From Podospora anserina (lineage: Eukaryota), in contig CM030333.1 in NCBI GenBank assembly GCA_017654855.1, forward strand, positions 3,100,001-3,164,000: a DNA stretch of 64,000 nt, in the 5' to 3' direction. Both the position numbers and the translations under genes were made by a program. The notes below the pieces were generated by a model. It saw only the letters and a program-made list of their open reading frames with translations, had not been told where the DNA came from and did not search any database. Positions 62,141 through 64,000 of the stretch are shown piece by piece (within the stretch, counting starts at the first letter, position 1; each line of letters starts with the position of its first letter).

Positions 62141-63982
62141 TCACCGTCTCTCACTATACCCATCCATTTCCATAGGCGACTGTGGCCCTGCCGGTCGAAA
62201 GCTGTATTGCGGTGGACCTGGGCTCACGCTCGGTGAAGGGCCCAAGCCGGGCGAAAACACTGACAACTCGGCATACCCATGATTGGAAGCGACCTCAGCT
62301 GGTTTCCACCCAGCCTCTGCCTCTTGAAGAGGTATGTTCACAGGCGTCCTGGTGTACAGATACTTGTCGCCTGCGGCGAGAGCCTCTTGTGAGCCTGTCT
62401 GGGGCAGCTTTTGTTTTTGCTTCAGAGGCCGATAGAAGAAGTACCAGATGCCTACGGCAATTAGAGCTAATAGGCCTGCGAGTCCCCCTAGTACGCCCCC
62501 TACTATGGCGCCGATAGAGTGACCTTGTCCTGAGGATTGGCTGTTGGGGTCAGGTGAGTCTGGGTTAGGGATGCCGAAGGAGCCTGGGGCGAAGACTTGT
62601 TGGAGTATTGGAGTGGACCACTTGACGTTGCTTAGGGATCTGGGTCTGGATTAGTATACGTCCTTGTTGTCGGACTGAAAGAGGAAAGCTAACCCATTCT
62701 TGTACCAGTCCTTGATGACTTGAGGGGACTCATAATCGCCCGCGTCGGCATCGTAATTGAACCGCCACGTCATGCTCGGCATGTCGAATACCATGAGACC
62801 TTGCGGGGCCGGGTCTGGCTCTCGCCACCCCGGGGCTGTCCCGCCTACACTGATGACTTGACGTTTTCCCGCTGGGGTGCAGTGATGGTCTGCTCTTCGC
62901 TGTGTGGGCATGTTGGGGGCCTTGGTCCAGACGAAGCCTGGCAGGCTGAGGATCCATGCGTCTTCGTAACGGAAGTCGATTCCTGGCTCCCTTTTGCTTT
63001 CTCCTCCGAAGAGAAGACTACATGTAGGTCGCTTTGTCAGGAAAGACCTCTTGTGTTGGTGGTGTAGTGTCACTTACATGTCATAACCACCTTCTTTGGT
63101 AGCAAAGCCTGCCAGGCAAAACTCCCGCCTGGGACCTGGGGGTGTAGGACCTGTGGTGGTCTGATAGTGCATCTGTCTTGTCTCTGGATCGAAAATAGTA
63201 ATGTTATCAAACAAGTGGCTCGAGACCGAGCTGTAATCAATTGCACTGTTTCCATCTACCCGCTTCTCGGGAATGTACCCTCCCATGATCAAGATAACAC
63301 CCCGCTTCTTGGTGCCAAAGTTGAACTGCGGGATGTGCTCGGCTACCGCGCCCACCAATGTTTCTTCGTATCCAAGTTTTTCAAAAGTTTTGGTCTTCAT
63401 GTTGAACGCCAGGGCGCCTGTGGCGATTTCTGTCCTGCCCCACCCCACAGTCAGGTCGGTCCACTCGCCTGCCAGGCCGCCGAATATAAAAGCTGTTTCA
63501 TCCGTCGCGGCAGAAGCTGCCAATTCTGTCAGGTACACCGTCCGGAGAAAGTCTGGGTTTGACGGTGTCTCGATTGACCATTTTCCTCCCCCGGAGCCAT
63601 CTGTCACGAACTTGTAGAGCTCGGGAAACTTTGGCATGACGCGGTCTTTTCTGTAGGAGACCATACCGCCCCAGACATAAAATGATCCATCCTGTTGGTT
63701 GGTCCAGAATGCAGGCCGCGATCTGGCCGGAGGTTTTCCGGAAATTTTGTTATCAATGATTCTTATTGGAACGGTTTTGGCGTCCCAGGACTTGGACATG
63801 TCGATGGAAAGGGTTGAGTTCATGTAGTTTGATCGGGATCCCTGCTGGTTTTGGTCACCGACCTGCTGGGAGACTTCTCCGCCCTCAATGTAGAGGTAGT
63901 CCCCGATGAGTGCCACTGTTTAGCGTTAGCGAGCTCCTGTATGGATTCGAAGGGCGTCGTGAAGGATGAAGGAACACACACC
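62141..63982 (-). CDS. Kelch-repeat single-pass membrane protein; 5' end beyond window
   Basis: YLYIEGG, FYVWGG, FIFGG, LIMGG kelch-type blades; GAIVGGVLGGLAGLLALIAVGIWYFF TM; tail ends at 62141. Confidence 0.85.
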
Positions 63983-64000
63983 TCTTGCAAATCCTCGGCG

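Noticed and set aside
1-64000. Starship captain (tyrosine recombinase), Spok meiotic driver, het-s or gasdermin genes
   Set aside because: No ORF or fragment with recognisable motifs of these families; their presence just outside the window cannot be excluded

Overview
Fungal (filamentous ascomycete, Sordariales/Podospora-like by inference) genomic DNA with spliceosomal introns and clear repeat-induced point mutation (RIP: CpA->TpA, TpG->TpA) scars. The left ~43 kb is an accessory, rearranged region. It holds two Fot1/pogo DNA transposons, four LTRs (two solo with TSDs), gene fragments (PIF1 helicase, ArsB-like transporter, LINE zinc knuckle) and many RIP-killed host-type genes, interleaved with intact genes (F-box, HeLo-like/ankyrin, PLAC8, NLP toxin, MPC1, HET, arylsulfatase). 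The right ~21 kb looks more ordinary (large HET-domain gene, APH-like kinase, Zn2Cys6 TF, erythromycin-esterase family, Con-6, SDR, kelch membrane protein). Two features stand out and neither is visible as a single ORF in the supplied track. (1) A RIP-inactivated multi-exon gene at 39024-42528 fuses a Chk2-type FHA+kinase module to a trypsin-like serine protease with an intact H/D/S triad. It lies head-to-head with a co-RIPed gene for a protein with one C-terminal transmembrane helix, making a candidate two-gene protease-triggered immunity/cell-death module. (2) A spliced 51-aa secreted prepropeptide at 26806-27034 would release a 21-aa, six-cysteine peptide. All family assignments are by motif recognition by eye; no searches were run.
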